From Tubulanus polymorphus (taxonomy: Eukaryota; Animalia; Nemertea), in the NCBI RefSeq assembly GCF_964204645.1, contig NC_134027.1, forward strand, positions 7,100,485 through 7,164,484: a stretch of DNA of 64,000 bases, read 5' to 3'. A program made the position numbers and the translations under genes. The notes beneath the pieces are model-generated. The model was not told the DNA's origin. It worked only from the letters and a program-made list of their open reading frames with translations, and did no database searches. This document shows positions 61,653 to 64,000 of the stretch, in pieces. The first letter of the stretch is position 1; the number at the start of each line of letters is the position of its first letter.

Positions 61653-64000
61653 ATGCTACTTATGAGAAACCTAATTAAAAATCTGATTGACAAGAGTTTG
61701 ATAAGAAACCACTCATCGTTTCAAATCTCGAGCGACTTCGTATGATGTTTGATCATCGGGAATACTACTGATTGAAGGTAGACATCATTATTACACCTGA
61801 TGATGAACACCATAAAATAGCAGTAAAGCTAATTAATGAAACAAGGTTCCATCATTCATCATAGCCATAAATACAATATGAACACTGAGGATGCTTAACC
61901 ATACTTCGATGAAGTTTGTAAAATTGAATGTTCTTATTACGCCTTTTTCAAAAGCCACTAATGTGTGAAGCAAATCATAACTGCACCCCTTGCATTGAGC
62001 TAATTGATTAACTCTAATTAGCCCTCGAAAATTATTATTGACCCTCATAAATAGTAATTATCGCGTAGTAGTAGTTATTATCATGACTCATCGGACTGCG
62101 ATATCATACCTGGGCTACACATATGGGAAATGAGTTTTTTCAGGGCTGGTTTAGGAAAAGACACGCCGTTTGTTCATTGCATTGCAAATTTGATAGAGTT
62201 TATGATTTGATGTGAGTTAGCACAAACCTAAGCTGAATCAACCTCTTTACCAACGTTCAATATTTTTTCCAAATACGTTACCATAGTAATCGCAGTGAGT
62301 ACAATATGCGCACGCAGTAGTTACCTGTAAATAGGATCAGGTAGCAAATTTCCGCCATTAGAAAATACCTTATTTGTTCAACGTAACCGAGCTTTGACAT
62401 AAAAGGTACCCTGATTTCTACTGATTACAAGAAGCAGCTATGATGAATGCCATCAAAATGATGAAGGTTGATCATAAAGTCTGACATAAGAGCTTGAGAA
62501 AATGGTTGAATTATTGGGAGATAAGGGAAAATAAAATATGAAACACATCAAACCGTTCCAAAACATATATATTTTACTTACAGAATTGTAGTGATCAGAA
62601 TAAACATGCTTCATATATGATGCGATTCTTAAATCTTCTCCGAAAACCATATCACTGACTGCTTGGCAGGACCTTTTATATTGGAATAAGCCCTTTCCAC
62701 TAAGATGTGAAGGCAATTGAAACCATTGCCTGAATGGAGCTTTTACTATGACAGAAGGTAATTACATGGCCGAAGAATGAGTTTTTCTGACCAAGTCCTA
62801 TCATGCAATATATCAGAAACATAATTAATTTCACACTCTACAGATGCATTGTGACGTAGGAAACTAATTGAGTAAAATGAATACCTTTTGTCCATATTTG
62901 GACTAGCTAATAAAGTGATGGAGGTACCTCACTCAATGATGTGGAAAACCATTTTAGGATTAATGAGCAAATATTTGCTGTCTGATTCTATTCGAGATTT
63001 TGGAGGAAATGTTTTCGTCTGATTCATTCAGGAATCGGTGCATTCTATAACGTCGCTGATGCCAGACTGCGCGGGATTATGTTGCTTCATTAAACGCGCA
63101 ATAAGCTCTGGAACAATGCGATAACTGTGAGACAATACCAGCCGATGATGGCTGTCAAGTGGCGTAGCTTCCCTGCCATTCAAAGCTGGAATGTGTACAG
63201 CCAATAACTGTTAATCGGTCCTACTCTCTCTCGTAATAACAATGCTCATCAGCGGGAAAAAACACAACATTAAACCACTCTCGTCATTGAGAATCGATTT
63301 TTTTTCATTGAATAATTCATAAAATGAGTCAAACTCTTCCCGATTGTGATATAGTAATGAACGAGATTGAATGAAAAAACATCCATCGAAATTATGACTG
63401 TAAATGTTGATCTTGGATAAATCATCAATCGCGCTCTAGTAGTCATTGGTGAGACACGTAAAGTGCTGCTATTGTCGATGATGATTTTTTCATGAAAAAT
63501 GCCTTTTCTAGCGCATTGCGGCTGAAGCGAAACATTTACTCGCCATTATACTTCAGTCCATCAAGAATCCTTTTCACAATTATGCACCGGTTAATGTGGT
63601 CAGAAAGTCAGCCTGGCCAACCTCAAAACCTTATAATCACGCTACAAGGGGTATATATAATGGGGAAACCTATACTCAGCATCCTATGACTTTCATGCAG
63701 CTCATTAAGAAATCTGAGTTGAGACATGACACGTCGCTGTTGTCGTCACAAAACAACAAGGACCACCTTCCATGTTTTTATGTTAGCTATCGTGGATGCC
63801 TTTGAAAAGAAAATGACACATTGTGGCCACCTGTTGACTCTTGACATATCAGAGCTCATCATGACAATAGAGGGAATATAAAGCAAAGTTATATTCTACA
63901 TGTTCTAGGAACCAAGAGATACTTATCAGTGTCAAGTTGCCTGTTCTAGTGTTAGGTTTTTAGTCACTGATGAAATAAATATATGACTGACATCTTTTTT

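Overview
AT-rich animal genomic DNA with short (~70-90 nt) GT-AG introns, probably a compact invertebrate genome (lophotrochozoan-like; inference). Seven host genes can be read from exon translations: FANCA (+, 5'-partial), PFKFB (-, with several candidate alternative first and last exons), YOD1/OTU1 (+), NUDT5 (-), CHCHD3/MIC19 (-), CFDP1 (+) and a p130Cas/BCAR1-family gene (-, 5'-partial). An intact 6.1-kb DIRS tyrosine-recombinase retrotransposon (ITRs, ICR, gag, RT-RNaseH-MTase, YR) lies in the last PFKFB intron. The most unusual region is the 10-kb PFKFB-YOD1 intergenic interval. It holds (i) an ~800-nt RTE-LINE-derived foldback whose substitutions are biased to G.U pairs on the + strand and whose loop is a tandem array of three-way junctions (candidate long hairpin RNA), and (ii) an intronless, extremely AT-rich virus-like cassette encoding a protein with Rep_trans-type rolling-circle initiator motifs, zinc-finger proteins and a small membrane protein, next to a cluster of nested hairpins. 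Several MITEs, a Helentron-type non-autonomous element and tandem repeats are also present. All family calls are from motif recognition by eye; no searches were run.
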